A stretch of DNA of 64,000 nucleotides from a bacterium (GCA_963674595.2 CAXXFV010000008.1:1-64000); one strand, 5' to 3'; counted from the stretch's first letter, positions 31,803 to 43,211 are shown. Numbers and translations: made by a program. Notes: generated from the letters alone by a model not told the origin.

Positions 31803-33755
31803 CTATTTTAATAAAATTATCTTTTTGAATGTATTATATTGTTCTGATTTCATTTGTACAAAATAAATTCCTGTTGGTAATTCATTGGCTTCAAAGATTA
31901 TTTTATGGCGTCCGTTTGAAAGGTTTTTTTCTAAAATTCGTTTTATTTGCTGTCCTCTTATATTTAATATGTTAATCTGAACATGGGCTCGTTCCGGAAT
32001 TTCGAAAACAATCATTGTTCGGGAGTTAAAGGGATTGGGATAGTTTTGCAATAGTTTGTAGGATTCCGGCTGGCAGGATTCTTTTTGGTGCTCTAAACCG
32101 ACATTTGGATTGTTATAAACAATTCCGGCAACAATTGTGCTGATAACATAAAGATCTTTTAAACTGTTTGGTTCGATTGAATATAAATCGTCCGACCAAA
32201 CAACCATGTCGGCATATTTGCCGGGTTCAATAGAGCCTTTAATATCTTCTTCAAAGGCGGCATAAGCTGATCCCATTGTATGCGCATATAGTGCTTCCTG
32301 TACTGAAACAGCCTGGTCCGGGGCCAGGTACTGGCCCGTTTCTGACCTTCGAACACAGGCGCTCCAGAGGGTGTATTTTGGGGCGATATAGGGAATTGTC
32401 GGGTAATCCGTACCGAGTGCGACCGGAATTCCTTTGTTGAGTAAAGAATGCATAGGCATAAAACGGCTTGCCCGTTCAGCACCCCAAAAACCGGTATAAA
32501 ATTGGGCGCCGGCATAAATTGCTGACGGTTGAATAGAAACGACCACCCCTAGTTCTTTCATCCTGTTCATGGCTTCTTCCGTTGGGATCATACAGTGCTC
32601 CAGTCTATGGCGGTGATCATAACGAAATGTGTCGTTTTGTGCTGCTTCAATGACATCCAGGGCAAGGTCTATGGCATGGTCGCCCATACAGTGGAAAGCA
32701 ATTTGGTGACCGGCACGGTGTAGTTTTTTAACGGTGGCTTCAAGACTGTCCGGGTCCCAGGTGGGCAAGTCCCATGACGGACCGGGATGAGGCTCATAGG
32801 TGTATGAAGTCGGCGGCTGACCGTCCAGTAAAAATTTATCGCCTCCCATACTCAACCAGGGACCCTGGTATAAAAACAGATTGTTAAGGCTGGTTTCTGC
32901 GTCTTCCGGTCTTTCTATGGTAAACAGAATATATGCCCTTGCTTTTAAAGAGTCACGTGCCTGATAATAGCCTTGAACGCGTTTCATACTCCGTGTGTTG
33001 ACATCCTGATAGCTGGTGATGCCGGTAACAAGACAAAGCTCCTGGGCGAATATAACGTCTGCTGCCAACTGGTTTTCATCAAAAAGGGGGAGATAATAGC
33101 GGACCACGTCCATTGCCGGATGGTTCCACAGAATACCATTTGGAATGCCTGTTGTCGAGTCTCTTTCAATAATACCGCCTACCGGATCTTGTGTGCTTGA
33201 GTCAATGCCGGCAATTTCCAACGCTTTACTGTTTGCTGTTCCATAATGCCCACCCTGGCTGTTTAGAAACACCGGGTTATCGGGCGAAACCGTATCCAGA
33301 TCATATCGGGTCGGTAAACGCATATCTTCAAGTTTAAAAAAACCGTCTCCGATAATCCATTCTCCGGGAGCTGTTTCCTGAACACGTTCTGCAATGGCCG
33401 CCAGAACTTCTTCAATATTATTGACACTTGGCGGTCTCAGATTGACATAATCATTCTCGGTCTGGCCATAATACATCAGATGCAAATGTGAGTCGATCAT
33501 TCCGGGCGTTACTGTTTTACCATTTAAATTTCGTACATCCGTATCAGGGCCCTTATAAGCCATTATGTCCGTGTTTGTGCCGACATCAAGGATAAGGCTG
33601 TCTTTAACGGCCACGGCCTGGGCAATGGAATTTTCCGGGTCTACTGTTATTATTTTACCATTCCAGATAATTAAATCGGCATAGGTTGTTTGAGCTTTAC
33701 TTTGGTTTGAAAACAAAAACATACAGGCAAGTATCAGGATGAAAAATTTCTTCAT
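31803..33755 (-). CDS. Amidohydrolase-3 (YtcJ-like) with signal peptide and T9SS-type C-terminal domain
   Basis: PGMIDSHLH, HCMGD, RLEH, GTDYP, KGSIEPGKYAD; 'QNYPNPFN...LPTGIYF'. Confidence 0.88.
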   Translation of the reverse strand: MKKFFILILACMFLFSNQSKAQTTYADLIIWNGKIITVDPENSIAQAVAVKDSLILDVGTNTDIMAYKGPDTDVRNLNGKTVTPGMIDSHLHLMYYGQTENDYVNLRPPSVNNIEEVLAAIAERVQETAPGEWIIGDGFFKLEDMRLPTRYDLDTVSPDNPVFLNSQGGHYGTANSKALEIAGIDSSTQDPVGGIIERDSTTGIPNGILWNHPAMDVVRYYLPLFDENQLAADVIFAQELCLVTGITSYQDVNTRSMKRVQGYYQARDSLKARAYILFTIERPEDAETSLNNLFLYQGPWLSMGGDKFLLDGQPPTSYTYEPHPGPSWDLPTWDPDSLEATVKKLHRAGHQIAFHCMGDHAIDLALDVIEAAQNDTFRYDHRHRLEHCMIPTEEAMNRMKELGVVVSIQPSAIYAGAQFYTGFWGAERASRFMPMHSLLNKGIPVALGTDYPTIPYIAPKYTLWSACVRRSETGQYLAPDQAVSVQEALYAHTMGSAYAAFEEDIKGSIEPGKYADMVVWSDDLYSIEPNSLKDLYVISTIVAGIVYNNPNVGLEHQKESCQPESYKLLQNYPNPFNSRTMIVFEIPERAHVQINILNIRGQQIKRILEKNLSNGRHKIIFEANELPTGIYFVQMKSEQYNTFKKIILLK

Positions 33756-34121
33756 GGCAAATCCTTTCAAAGATTAATGTTTTAATATTTAAGGATATTA
33801 CAACTAGTTGAGAAATCGTATCCGTTTATTGGGTTTATTGAATGTACCGGAGCGTTCAGAGTCTGTTGGTGAGAGGTATGAAGATTTGTATGAGTGTCCT
33901 GTTCCGTCATAAAATGCTTTATATTTGAATGTAATGAATTTTGCAATTTTGTCAAATTAAAATGATATGAAACCAGTTTTTCATGCTGTTTTCCTTGTAT
34001 ATTATTATTTTTCACTTTTATATCATATTAAGAATGATTATAATAAATTATTCCAGGCAAATTTGATGCTGTTCTGCAAAACCTTGTATCCCTGTTCAAC
34101 CTGATTCAAAAAGGAGCTTTT

Positions 34122-36566
34122 ATGTATAAAAGAATATTTTCTTTATTCCTGCTGACATTTTTTACAGGTCAATTGACTCTTTTTTCACAAACTTTTCAGG
34201 AACATCCGCATCCTTTTTATTATACGGAAAAACGTATTGCAACCGCCAGAGAGAATATAAATAGGCATGAATGGGCTAAAACATTGTTTCAGGAAATGAA
34301 AGCTTTTGCCGATGAAGCGGCTGAAAAGAGCGATAAAGAACTGGGCAACTGGTTCTCCGAATATACGCCAATGGCCGAATGTGACTGTCCCTATTGTGGT
34401 CACGATTGGAATGATTATACATGGACATGGTCCAAAGAAGAGCCGGACCAGTTAAAGTGCAAATATTGTAAAAAAATTACTTCTTTACAACATTTCCCTG
34501 AAAATGATGTTATTTATATTTATGATTTAAAAGGGAATATTCATCCTCATCCTGTGTACCGCGACTCTACCGGGAAAAAATACCCTATTCGTGAGCTGTT
34601 ATTTTATCATAAAGAACGAATGGCTTATACATGGATCGAAAATTTGGGGATTGCCTATGCGGTTACCGGTAAAAAGATTTACGCTGAAAAAGCCCTTGTT
34701 TTACTCAAGCGTATGGCCGAGGTCTATCCCGGATTTGGTGTACACGACAACTTTAGATTTGAACGATATCCCTTTGGCTGGGCCGGGAAACTAAGAAACT
34801 GGCACTATACCGATGCCTATACCTTACAGGACTGTGCGGCAACTTATGATGCTATTTACCATAGCGGTGTATTAAAAGATAATGACAAGGAATTTGTTGA
34901 AACAAATTTATTTCAAGATGGTCTGGATTTTTTAACGTCTGTGAAACCGTCTCAGGGAATTTCAAACGATATTGCATTCCGATATGCCGGTGTGGCCATG
35001 CTTGGAAGAACGTTGGAAGACCATGATGCCATAGCATGGGTTTTGGACCCTAATGAAGGTTACCTCGCGTTTATAGATAAATTATTTTATGATGATGGTA
35101 CCTGGCTTGAACGGTCACTGGGGTATCATAAAATGGCTGCCAGGCCCTTACACGAAACCGTCGAGATTTTAAAAGGTTATTCGGACCCAAAATCTTATAA
35201 AAGCGCTGACCGGTTTGAAAATATCGATCTCACCGGGACCAAAAAGCTGGGAGCGATTTTCTCAATCAGTATGGAAATGCGGTATCCGGACGGTACGTTT
35301 CCGGTTATTAATGATAATAGAATGGGAGGGAAACCGGACCCTGTCCCTTTGGAAGCACTTTATAACTGGACCGGTAACATCAAGTGGCTTGAAAAAGCAA
35401 ATCAGGCCTATGAAGGTGACCTTTTACAAAAGGGTGATACCTATGCCCTGTTTAACCGCGATCCTGAAATAATTGAAAAAATTAAGAATGTAACCCCGGG
35501 AACCGGTATTCCTGATGTCAGCCGGCATTATCCGGGAATGGGTTTAACGATGCTGCGCCGTGGAACAGGAAAAGACCAAGCGGTTTTTACCATGCATTGT
35601 CATAAATATACCAGTCCGCATACCCATTATGATGCATTGAGCACAACATTGTTTGCTAATGGACGGGAAATGCTTTCCGATTTCGGCTATCCTTCCTTTA
35701 ACAGCGAATTTCGTATGACCTGGTATGTGAAAACTCTTTCTCATAATACACTGAGTGTGGATACCAACAATCAGTTAGCCCCCTACAGTGTACACAATTG
35801 GCTGTACCATGGAAACATGTTTTCCGCTTGTGAAGGAGAAGCCTGGGAAGCTTATCGTTTTACCTGTGAACCTTATTTTCGGCAAATAGCTCTGATTGAT
35901 GCTGACGAAAAAGGACATGTTTATGCTGTTGATATTTTCAGGGCAAAAGGCGGCAGCATTCATGATTGGGCCTTGCACGGTGAAGGTGACGAGTTTGAGA
36001 TAGAGTCATTAAAGTTGAAACCGGTTGACGGTCTCAATGGTTGTGAATATGCCTATAATCAATTAACAGATGTAAAAATGACACAATCCTTATCGCCCTG
36101 GAAAGCCAAATGGTCCTGGAAAGACGGCGCGGCGCTCAGTTGTTATTTCCCAAAAATTGTGGACTGTGAAATTTACCAGGCATTAACACCCGGTGAAAGA
36201 CTTAAAAGTATGCATGGCAGGAAAAAATACTCTATTTTTAATCGTCGCAAAGGCCAAGATTTACGCAGTGAATTTATCAGCATTTATGAACCGCATACAG
36301 GTGAACCGCTTGTTAATAAGGTTGAAAAGATTTTTGTGTCAAAGGATAAAGATTGGGCTATTGTATTAAAAGTTTATTTTAAAGATTCCATTCATTATAT
36401 ATTAAATTCCTATTTGGATGTTTCACCACAACAGGAACCTTTTGTTGACGGGAATGTGGAAATAAACTGGAAAAGCCGGTTTGGTGTGGTCAAAGTTAAA
36501 AATAACAAAATTGTGAAACAGGAATGGATCAAAGGTGACATGGAAGGTTTTCGTCACTATTTTTAA
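34122..36566 (+). CDS. Heparinase II/III-like polysaccharide lyase
   Basis: Signal peptide; 'DGTWLERSLGYH', 'PDGTFP.IND', 'HTHYDAL', 'DFGY', 'SHNTL.VD'; CxxC zinc-ribbon insert. Confidence 0.82.
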   Translation: MYKRIFSLFLLTFFTGQLTLFSQTFQEHPHPFYYTEKRIATARENINRHEWAKTLFQEMKAFADEAAEKSDKELGNWFSEYTPMAECDCPYCGHDWNDYTWTWSKEEPDQLKCKYCKKITSLQHFPENDVIYIYDLKGNIHPHPVYRDSTGKKYPIRELLFYHKERMAYTWIENLGIAYAVTGKKIYAEKALVLLKRMAEVYPGFGVHDNFRFERYPFGWAGKLRNWHYTDAYTLQDCAATYDAIYHSGVLKDNDKEFVETNLFQDGLDFLTSVKPSQGISNDIAFRYAGVAMLGRTLEDHDAIAWVLDPNEGYLAFIDKLFYDDGTWLERSLGYHKMAARPLHETVEILKGYSDPKSYKSADRFENIDLTGTKKLGAIFSISMEMRYPDGTFPVINDNRMGGKPDPVPLEALYNWTGNIKWLEKANQAYEGDLLQKGDTYALFNRDPEIIEKIKNVTPGTGIPDVSRHYPGMGLTMLRRGTGKDQAVFTMHCHKYTSPHTHYDALSTTLFANGREMLSDFGYPSFNSEFRMTWYVKTLSHNTLSVDTNNQLAPYSVHNWLYHGNMFSACEGEAWEAYRFTCEPYFRQIALIDADEKGHVYAVDIFRAKGGSIHDWALHGEGDEFEIESLKLKPVDGLNGCEYAYNQLTDVKMTQSLSPWKAKWSWKDGAALSCYFPKIVDCEIYQALTPGERLKSMHGRKKYSIFNRRKGQDLRSEFISIYEPHTGEPLVNKVEKIFVSKDKDWAIVLKVYFKDSIHYILNSYLDVSPQQEPFVDGNVEINWKSRFGVVKVKNNKIVKQEWIKGDMEGFRHYF

Positions 36567-36613
36567 GTTCGTTGTTTTGGATAATTTAAAAAAGAGTTAG
36601 TAAATAGTAATTT

Positions 36614-37012
36614 ATGGCTAAACCAAAAATAACATGGGAAATGACAAGCTGGGGGATTTATTCGGAATGGGACTCGAAATCCAAAGACCTTCCGAAAATT
36701 AAAAGCTTTGATGATAAAATCCCGGCAAAGGTGGGTGTGGAGTTTGGATATATCGTCAACATAAAAAAGGCAAAAGGTAAAAAATTATATTATTGCATTG
36801 ATCATCCCCGGGTATTGGATGAAAAGGGAATGGTCATGCCCCCATTTGAAGGCGAGGTTTATGTGAAAACCAATGACTGGGATTTTTTCCTGGGAGATAC
36901 AATTTGGGAACCGGTGTATGAAAAAGTGGGTCCCTGGCGGCTGACGCTTGAACTGGAAGGAACAATCATCGCCGATAAAACATTTGAGATTATAGCGGAT
37001 TTGCCGGAATAG
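36614..37012 (+). CDS. DUF3859-like protein
   Basis: 'IPAKVGVEFG', 'HP', 'LGDTIWEP...G.WRLT'. Confidence 0.7.
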   Translation: MAKPKITWEMTSWGIYSEWDSKSKDLPKIKSFDDKIPAKVGVEFGYIVNIKKAKGKKLYYCIDHPRVLDEKGMVMPPFEGEVYVKTNDWDFFLGDTIWEPVYEKVGPWRLTLELEGTIIADKTFEIIADLPE

Positions 37013-37033
37013 ATAAATTACAGGATTTTTGAA

Positions 37034-37465
37034 TTGGCAAGAACAAATAAAAAACAACATACCAGGGGAAGCAGTGGGTATAATCGTAAAGTGTCGGATG
37101 ATTTTTTAGAAAAAAATAAAAACAAACCCGGTGTTGAAACAACAGCATCCGGGCTGCAATATCTGGTTTTGGATGAACAGCAGGGACCTGCGCCGACGAT
37201 TGAAGATACGGTTGTTGTTCAGCAACGGGTTACTTTAGTAGATGGTACTGTCCTTGATGATACCTATAAAAAACCGGACCCGGCCACATTTACAATGAAA
37301 GAGGCGATTGAAGGATATCGTGAAGGCCTTTTAATGATGTCTGTCGGTAGTCGTTACCGATTTTTTATTCCTTCTGAACTGGCCTGGGGAAAACGCGGCG
37401 CCGGAAGTAAAATCGGGCCGAACTCTGTTTTAATTATCGATGCGAGACTGGTAGAAATTGTCTGA
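37034..37465 (+). CDS. FKBP-type peptidyl-prolyl isomerase
   Basis: TTASGLQY, EGL..M.VG, IPSELAWG, IGPNSVL. Confidence 0.9.
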   Translation: MARTNKKQHTRGSSGYNRKVSDDFLEKNKNKPGVETTASGLQYLVLDEQQGPAPTIEDTVVVQQRVTLVDGTVLDDTYKKPDPATFTMKEAIEGYREGLLMMSVGSRYRFFIPSELAWGKRGAGSKIGPNSVLIIDARLVEIV

Positions 37466-37510
37466 TTTCATGTTGGATAGAAAAATTAATTAAAAAAAGG
37501 AATCAATAAA

Positions 37511-38494
37511 ATGCGTCTTTTTATTTTAAAATTGAAATTATGTTTTTTGATTTGTTTTGCAAGCAATGTTGTATTCTCTGCGGCGCCGGATACGCTAAGC
37601 GTACTGCAATTAACTGATATTCATTTTTGCAATTTGACCGGTTATGATTCTGTATTTGCTGCATCAAGAGAGCATTATGGCAATGTGACGCCATCGTTAA
37701 CAACGTTTTTTAAAACAGTCCCCTGGACAACAAAGACAAATGCTGTTGTTATAACAGGTGATTTGATTGATTATTTTAGTGCTGAAACAATTCGCGGAAA
37801 TATGCTGGCCACCCAAATTGAGCAATTTACGGAATTGCTTCCTTTATGTCCTGTGCCGCTTTATTTGACCCTTGGGAACCATGATATTACCTGCTATTGG
37901 GTTGATGATGAAAATGAAAAAAAATCGTTTCAAATAAATTCGGATCGATCACGGGCAACATGGAGCCGCAATGTGTCTTGTTTTGCCAACGGGACCTATT
38001 ATTCAAAGACACTTGATGTTGGAAACACCAGTTATGTATTACTTTTTTTGGATAACGGATACAGTTTAAAAAACAATGCTGTTATTGAGCAAACGCAATT
38101 GGATTGGGTCAATTATCAGTTAAAAATGGCGGACGGAAAGCCGGTTGTTATTTTTATGCATAAATATTTGCCGATTCCGGATTATAACGGTGATGACCTT
38201 CGTTTTACCAAAAGACCGCGGATTATTATTGATGAGGATGTTTGTAACGAATATAATTTTATCCAAACACTAAATAATAATCCCAATATTATGGCACTCA
38301 TTGTCGGGCATGGTCATAAAAATGTATGGGAATACCTGCCGTTTCCTGCCGGACATAAAATTTTACAGGTTGAAACGGCTGCCTTTGGTCAGAATGCGGA
38401 CAATTGGCGATTATTATCATTTACTGAAAAGAATCTTGTCATTTCCAAAACCGGAACAACGTTACAGGAACATGTGCTGAATGTCCCTGAATAG
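37511..38494 (+). CDS. Exported metallophosphoesterase
   Basis: TDIH, TGDLID, GNHD, GHGH. Confidence 0.85.
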   Translation: MRLFILKLKLCFLICFASNVVFSAAPDTLSVLQLTDIHFCNLTGYDSVFAASREHYGNVTPSLTTFFKTVPWTTKTNAVVITGDLIDYFSAETIRGNMLATQIEQFTELLPLCPVPLYLTLGNHDITCYWVDDENEKKSFQINSDRSRATWSRNVSCFANGTYYSKTLDVGNTSYVLLFLDNGYSLKNNAVIEQTQLDWVNYQLKMADGKPVVIFMHKYLPIPDYNGDDLRFTKRPRIIIDEDVCNEYNFIQTLNNNPNIMALIVGHGHKNVWEYLPFPAGHKILQVETAAFGQNADNWRLLSFTEKNLVISKTGTTLQEHVLNVPE

Positions 38495-38673
38495 GAAAAA
38501 TCATTTTTTTAGCGTGTTTTTTTATATTTTATTGATTTTTACTTGACATCGATTTTTTTATTATTAAATTTAGTTAGGCAATATTCCATTTTTATGGAAC
38601 AACAGAAAACGGGGTCCTGTTGGTATTCTCTAAAAATGACAATAATTCGTTTAACCATTTGCAAGTGGGTATT

Positions 38674-39522
38674 ATGGAAAATGAATTTACGATTCGTAAA
38701 ATGGGGCGCAAGGATCTTGATGTCGCTGTAGAATGGGCCGCCCGGGAGGGCTGGAACCCGGGGCTCTACGATGCTGATTGTTTTTATAAATGTGATCCTA
38801 ATGGTTTTTTAATTGGTCTACTGTGTAACAAACCAATCGCTTGTATTTCTGTTGTAAAATATAACCAGACTTTTGGATTTTTGGGTTTTTATATTGTTCA
38901 TCCCGAATATCGCGGACAGGGTTATGGTTTGAAAATTTGGAATGCCGGCCTGGAGTATCTCGGCAATGTAAATATTGGTTTGGACGGTGTAGTTGCTCAA
39001 CAGGAAAATTATAAAAAATCAGGTTTTGATTTAGCATACAGAAATATAAGATACAGAGGTTTTCGTCAAAAAGAAAACGGACGATTTCATAATATCAAAC
39101 TTTTATCCAAATTGGATTTTGAAAAGATTGCTGATTATGACAACCACTTTTTCCCTGCTGAAAGAGGATTGTTTTTAAAAAGCTGGATTCAACAGCCGTT
39201 AAGCACAGCATTGGGATATGTGACCCATAACAAGCTTCGGGGATACGGTGTTATACGGCGATGCCGTGAAGGGTGTAAAATAGGTCCGTTGTTTGCTGAT
39301 ACACCGGAAATTGCAAACGAGATTTTTTTGGATTTGGTTGGATCTTTAAAACAATGTGAATCCTATTTTCTGGATATCCCGGAAATTAATCTGTATGCAC
39401 AAAATTTGGTCAAACAGTACAACATGGTCAAAGTTTTTGAAACAGCGCGAATGTATACCCGTGAAACCCCGGATATTTCGATAGAAAATGTTTATGGTGT
39501 TACAACTTTTGAATTGGGGTGA
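38674..39522 (+). CDS. GNAT N-acetyltransferase (YitH-like, two-domain)
   Basis: EGWNPG, RGQGYG, KIGPLFA, FETARMY, TTFELG. Confidence 0.88.
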   Translation: MENEFTIRKMGRKDLDVAVEWAAREGWNPGLYDADCFYKCDPNGFLIGLLCNKPIACISVVKYNQTFGFLGFYIVHPEYRGQGYGLKIWNAGLEYLGNVNIGLDGVVAQQENYKKSGFDLAYRNIRYRGFRQKENGRFHNIKLLSKLDFEKIADYDNHFFPAERGLFLKSWIQQPLSTALGYVTHNKLRGYGVIRRCREGCKIGPLFADTPEIANEIFLDLVGSLKQCESYFLDIPEINLYAQNLVKQYNMVKVFETARMYTRETPDISIENVYGVTTFELG

Positions 39523-39541
39523 GGTAACGAGATTGGGGTAC

Positions 39542-41218
39542 TTAAAATATTTTTCTTCTGAATTTAAACGCGTCGATAACCGTTAAATTGGCTTCTTGTG
39601 AAAATGTGTGCACACCTTTAATGGATTTTTCCCAGTCCGGATTTACTAAAGTAATAATTTTTTCAGCATATTCTGTTTCTGATAGTGTTAGAATGTGGCT
39701 GATGTTAAATCCATATCCATAACGGTAAGAACAGTTTTGCGAGGGTCTGTAGAGTTTACCGTTCATTTTAAAAATTTTACCGGCAGGCCGGGCTTTTTTT
39801 GTGTCGGATATAATTGGATTCATGGGATGGGGCGTCCAGTTTTTCGTCAACAGTGTGTCTGCGAAAAACAAAAACAATTCGCTGTTGATGGAGCCGCCTT
39901 CGTTTTCGGCCATATTAACAAAGAGCCACCATTTTTCGTTGTGAAAAAACGGTGTGGCATCTACCGCATGAATGTTTTCCATTAAATTCATTTTAAATTC
40001 CCAGTTATTGGGAAATTCTTTACACTCATAAAGTTCAATTGTTTTGTTGGCGGACGAATCCGGGATCATATAGTATGTTTCATTACTTTGAAACACAAAA
40101 GGGTAGGAGAGATGATAGTCCTTTTCAAGCACCGGAACCGGTTTTGTGTGTTTGCCTTTGCTGTCAAATTCCATTACGGAAATGTGAGCTTTATTTAATT
40201 TGTACATGTTTTCTTCAATAAAGATGTAAAAACGATCATTATGTTTAACAACGTGCGGATCTGCCCAGAACCTGTCTTTTGGCGGAATGATTTTTTTAAA
40301 TTTTCTAAAATTTTTGCCATGTCCTGGTTTTGTATCATACATCAAATACCATTGTCCGATGTAAAAAATGTCCTGCCGGATTTTTTTAAAAATTTTACCA
40401 ATATAAGTAAATATTAATTTAAAAGCTTTGCCGTTCAATGGCTGTTTGTAAAGCGGCTTGGAGTAAAAATCAAATTCCGGTGTATATTTTTCTTCAACCT
40501 CGTTAAAGAATGTATCTTTTCCAATGTCATAAAGTCGTTTCATCTGGCGCGGTAAAAAGGAAGCAGATGTCCAAAAATATTCGTTTTTAGTCCGGGTCGG
40601 TGAAAAGTAACAGGGCAGTGACCAGGAACGATATAAAACATATCCGCCGTCCAGTTCTTCATTTAAAATTTGTAATATGGAACCTGTTTCCGGCCAGTTT
40701 TCCAATGCTTCCCAAAAGCCCGGGGGACCGCCTCTGTTCACAAAATTATCCCCGTGATGATAAGACCATACACCGTATTTAGGGCAGCTAAGGATTTCTC
40801 CACGTAAAATTCGGAACCCCATACGGATTAAAATATCCGGGTTCTGTTTTTTTACCTGGTCAATATCTGCCGGATTAAAATAGTCGGAAAATTTTTTTTG
40901 AACAGGCTCTACCTGAATGAGTTTTACGTTTTCTAATAATTGTCTCAGGTCCATTTCCGCTACGGCACTTGGCTGTGGACGAAAAATAAATTCATCTATT
41001 CTTCGTAATAAAAAATAAACAAGATTTTTTCGTTTGTCCCATACCTTGTGAAATTTGTTTTTATAAGGCTCTTTTGCCGTATTTAAAACAATAAATGTGA
41101 TGTCTGCAAAATCCGATGTGACAATCCGTTCAATCGCTCTATAAAACCAGGCTGATACCAGAAAAGAATCTAAAAGAATTCCAACAGCAAGTTTTTGTTT
41201 GTTAGCCTTTATGTCCAT
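39542..41218 (-). CDS. Formyltransferase-like N-domain + beta-propeller (glucosamine inositolphosphorylceramide transferase-like) protein
   Basis: 'GVWSYHHGD...RGGPPGFWE'; 'FWADP', 'HLSYP', 'PHPMNP', 'RPAG','RPSQ'. Confidence 0.72.
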   Translation of the reverse strand: MDIKANKQKLAVGILLDSFLVSAWFYRAIERIVTSDFADITFIVLNTAKEPYKNKFHKVWDKRKNLVYFLLRRIDEFIFRPQPSAVAEMDLRQLLENVKLIQVEPVQKKFSDYFNPADIDQVKKQNPDILIRMGFRILRGEILSCPKYGVWSYHHGDNFVNRGGPPGFWEALENWPETGSILQILNEELDGGYVLYRSWSLPCYFSPTRTKNEYFWTSASFLPRQMKRLYDIGKDTFFNEVEEKYTPEFDFYSKPLYKQPLNGKAFKLIFTYIGKIFKKIRQDIFYIGQWYLMYDTKPGHGKNFRKFKKIIPPKDRFWADPHVVKHNDRFYIFIEENMYKLNKAHISVMEFDSKGKHTKPVPVLEKDYHLSYPFVFQSNETYYMIPDSSANKTIELYECKEFPNNWEFKMNLMENIHAVDATPFFHNEKWWLFVNMAENEGGSINSELFLFFADTLLTKNWTPHPMNPIISDTKKARPAGKIFKMNGKLYRPSQNCSYRYGYGFNISHILTLSETEYAEKIITLVNPDWEKSIKGVHTFSQEANLTVIDAFKFRRKIF

Positions 41219-41401
41219 TTTATAAATGCCTGATAAATTATTTGAATTGGTGTGCAATTTTTGGTAACATAATAAATTACGGCATGAATGGCAATAGTTA
41301 TATAGAAAGCGTTCAAGATATTTTTCGATCAAGCCCTTGAATAATAAAATAAAAGAATGTACTTTACGAAATATAATATATTTCTGAAACGGAGATCCTT
41401 T

Positions 41402-43186
41402 ATGAATCCATTGTTTTTTAAACGCAGCTTGTCTATTGTCTGTGTTATTTATGCAATAGCCGCCACAAACCTGTTCGCTCAGAACACCTTTTATGTTGCG
41501 ACGGATGGTCGCGATGAAAATCCGGGAACGCTGGATAAACCTTTTGCTACAATTGAAAAAGCACGCGATAGGGTGAGGGAATGTAAAGATAATGATGAGG
41601 ATATCCTTGTATTTTTAAGAGGCGGAACATATCACCTGCAAAAGACATTGTTATTTGACCACCGGGACTCGGGACGGAACGGTCATTATGTCATTTATAA
41701 AGCTTATAAGGATGAACAACCGGTTTTAAGCGGCGGACGTTTAATTGGGGATTGGAAATCGTTCGGTGATGGCTTGTACCAGGCAACCGTTCATTCGGAT
41801 TTTCGTCAATTGTATGTGAACAACAAACGGGCGGTTCGGGCACGAACTCCGAATATCGATGATTATTATCGGTTGACCCTGTGGGACGAAAAAGACCGAC
41901 AGATTATTGTTAACAAAAATATGGTTCATTCCTGGAACAATTTTCAGGACGTTGAAATGATTGTTCACATGCATTGGGCTGAGGCGATTTTACCTCTGGA
42001 AGCTTATGAAACATCGGAATCCTATGCTTATATCTCGGTGCAGGAACCGGAGCGTGATCTTGTTTTTCGGCGTATGTATCCTATCAAGTCGGAAGGGGAA
42101 TCTTTTCACTTTGAAAATGCTCTGGAATTTCTCGACCAACCCGGTGAATGGTATCATGACAAAAAAACGGCAACACTCTATTATTATCCGCGATCGGATG
42201 AGGACATGTCTTTGGCGAAAGTCGTTGTTCCGGAATTGCAAACGCTCGTTTCAATTCAAGGGACTTTTGATAAACCGGTTAGCCATCTCGTTTTTCAGGG
42301 CATTACCTTTAAACACAGCGGATGGAACCTGCCTGAGGAAACCGGGATGCTTAACTCACAGGCCGGACATTATACGGTCCGGGTTGAACCGAACAATGTG
42401 CAGTATTTTATAAGACCGCCAGCTGCTGTTTATGTCGCGGCTGCTCATCACTTGAATTTTGAGCGAAATGTTTTTACACAATGTAGTTCCACGGCCCTTG
42501 ATTTACATTTTGGTACTTTTGATAATTTAATTCAGGGAAATATTTTTTATGAGCTTTCCGGCGGGGGAATTATGTATGCCAAGTTTTCCGGTCCGGATGT
42601 GCCGCATACCCATGTATATAACCCGGTTGATCAGCGGGAGATTTGCCGGAATGACACCATTCGCAATAACGTTGTGACTAAAATCGGACTTGACTATCCG
42701 GGTTGTTGCGGCATAGCCTGCGGCTTTCCTCAATCTATTGTCATTGAACATAATGAATTGTTTGACATGCCATATACCGGAATCAGTGTCGGCTGGAGCT
42801 GGGTAGATGCGGAAAATGTTATGCGGGACAACCAGATACGTTATAATCATATTTTTAATGTGTTACAATTGTTATGCGACGGCGGCGGGATTTATACCCT
42901 CTCCAGGCAGCCCAATAGCGTCATCAAAGAAAACTATATTCATAATATCTACCGGTTACAATGGGCTGTCGGATCAAGGAACAATGGCATATTTTTAGAC
43001 CAGGGATCCAGCGGCATTACCCTGGAACGAAATGTTTTTCAATCTATTCAGCAGGAAAACATCCGGCATAATATGACAGGAACCATTCATTATATTGAGA
43101 ATGAAACACATGATCCAAAAATAATTAAAAAAAGCGGGTTGACCAAAGAATATTCTGATTTAATGAAAGCATTGAAAAATAATTGA
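41402..43186 (+). CDS. Secreted beta-helix carbohydrate-active protein (GH141-like)
   Basis: FYVATDG.D.NPGT..PFAT, LRGGTY, RARTP, ENALE.LD.PGEW, YTGISVGW, DGGGIYT. Confidence 0.75.
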   Translation: MNPLFFKRSLSIVCVIYAIAATNLFAQNTFYVATDGRDENPGTLDKPFATIEKARDRVRECKDNDEDILVFLRGGTYHLQKTLLFDHRDSGRNGHYVIYKAYKDEQPVLSGGRLIGDWKSFGDGLYQATVHSDFRQLYVNNKRAVRARTPNIDDYYRLTLWDEKDRQIIVNKNMVHSWNNFQDVEMIVHMHWAEAILPLEAYETSESYAYISVQEPERDLVFRRMYPIKSEGESFHFENALEFLDQPGEWYHDKKTATLYYYPRSDEDMSLAKVVVPELQTLVSIQGTFDKPVSHLVFQGITFKHSGWNLPEETGMLNSQAGHYTVRVEPNNVQYFIRPPAAVYVAAAHHLNFERNVFTQCSSTALDLHFGTFDNLIQGNIFYELSGGGIMYAKFSGPDVPHTHVYNPVDQREICRNDTIRNNVVTKIGLDYPGCCGIACGFPQSIVIEHNELFDMPYTGISVGWSWVDAENVMRDNQIRYNHIFNVLQLLCDGGGIYTLSRQPNSVIKENYIHNIYRLQWAVGSRNNGIFLDQGSSGITLERNVFQSIQQENIRHNMTGTIHYIENETHDPKIIKKSGLTKEYSDLMKALKNN

Positions 43187-43211
43187 ACTAAAAGTGTGAA
43201 GGAGTTGCAAA

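Noticed and set aside
33782-34015. 77-aa ORF or riboswitch upstream of the amidohydrolase
   Set aside because: No RBS, no recognisable motif and no riboswitch consensus identifiable by eye.
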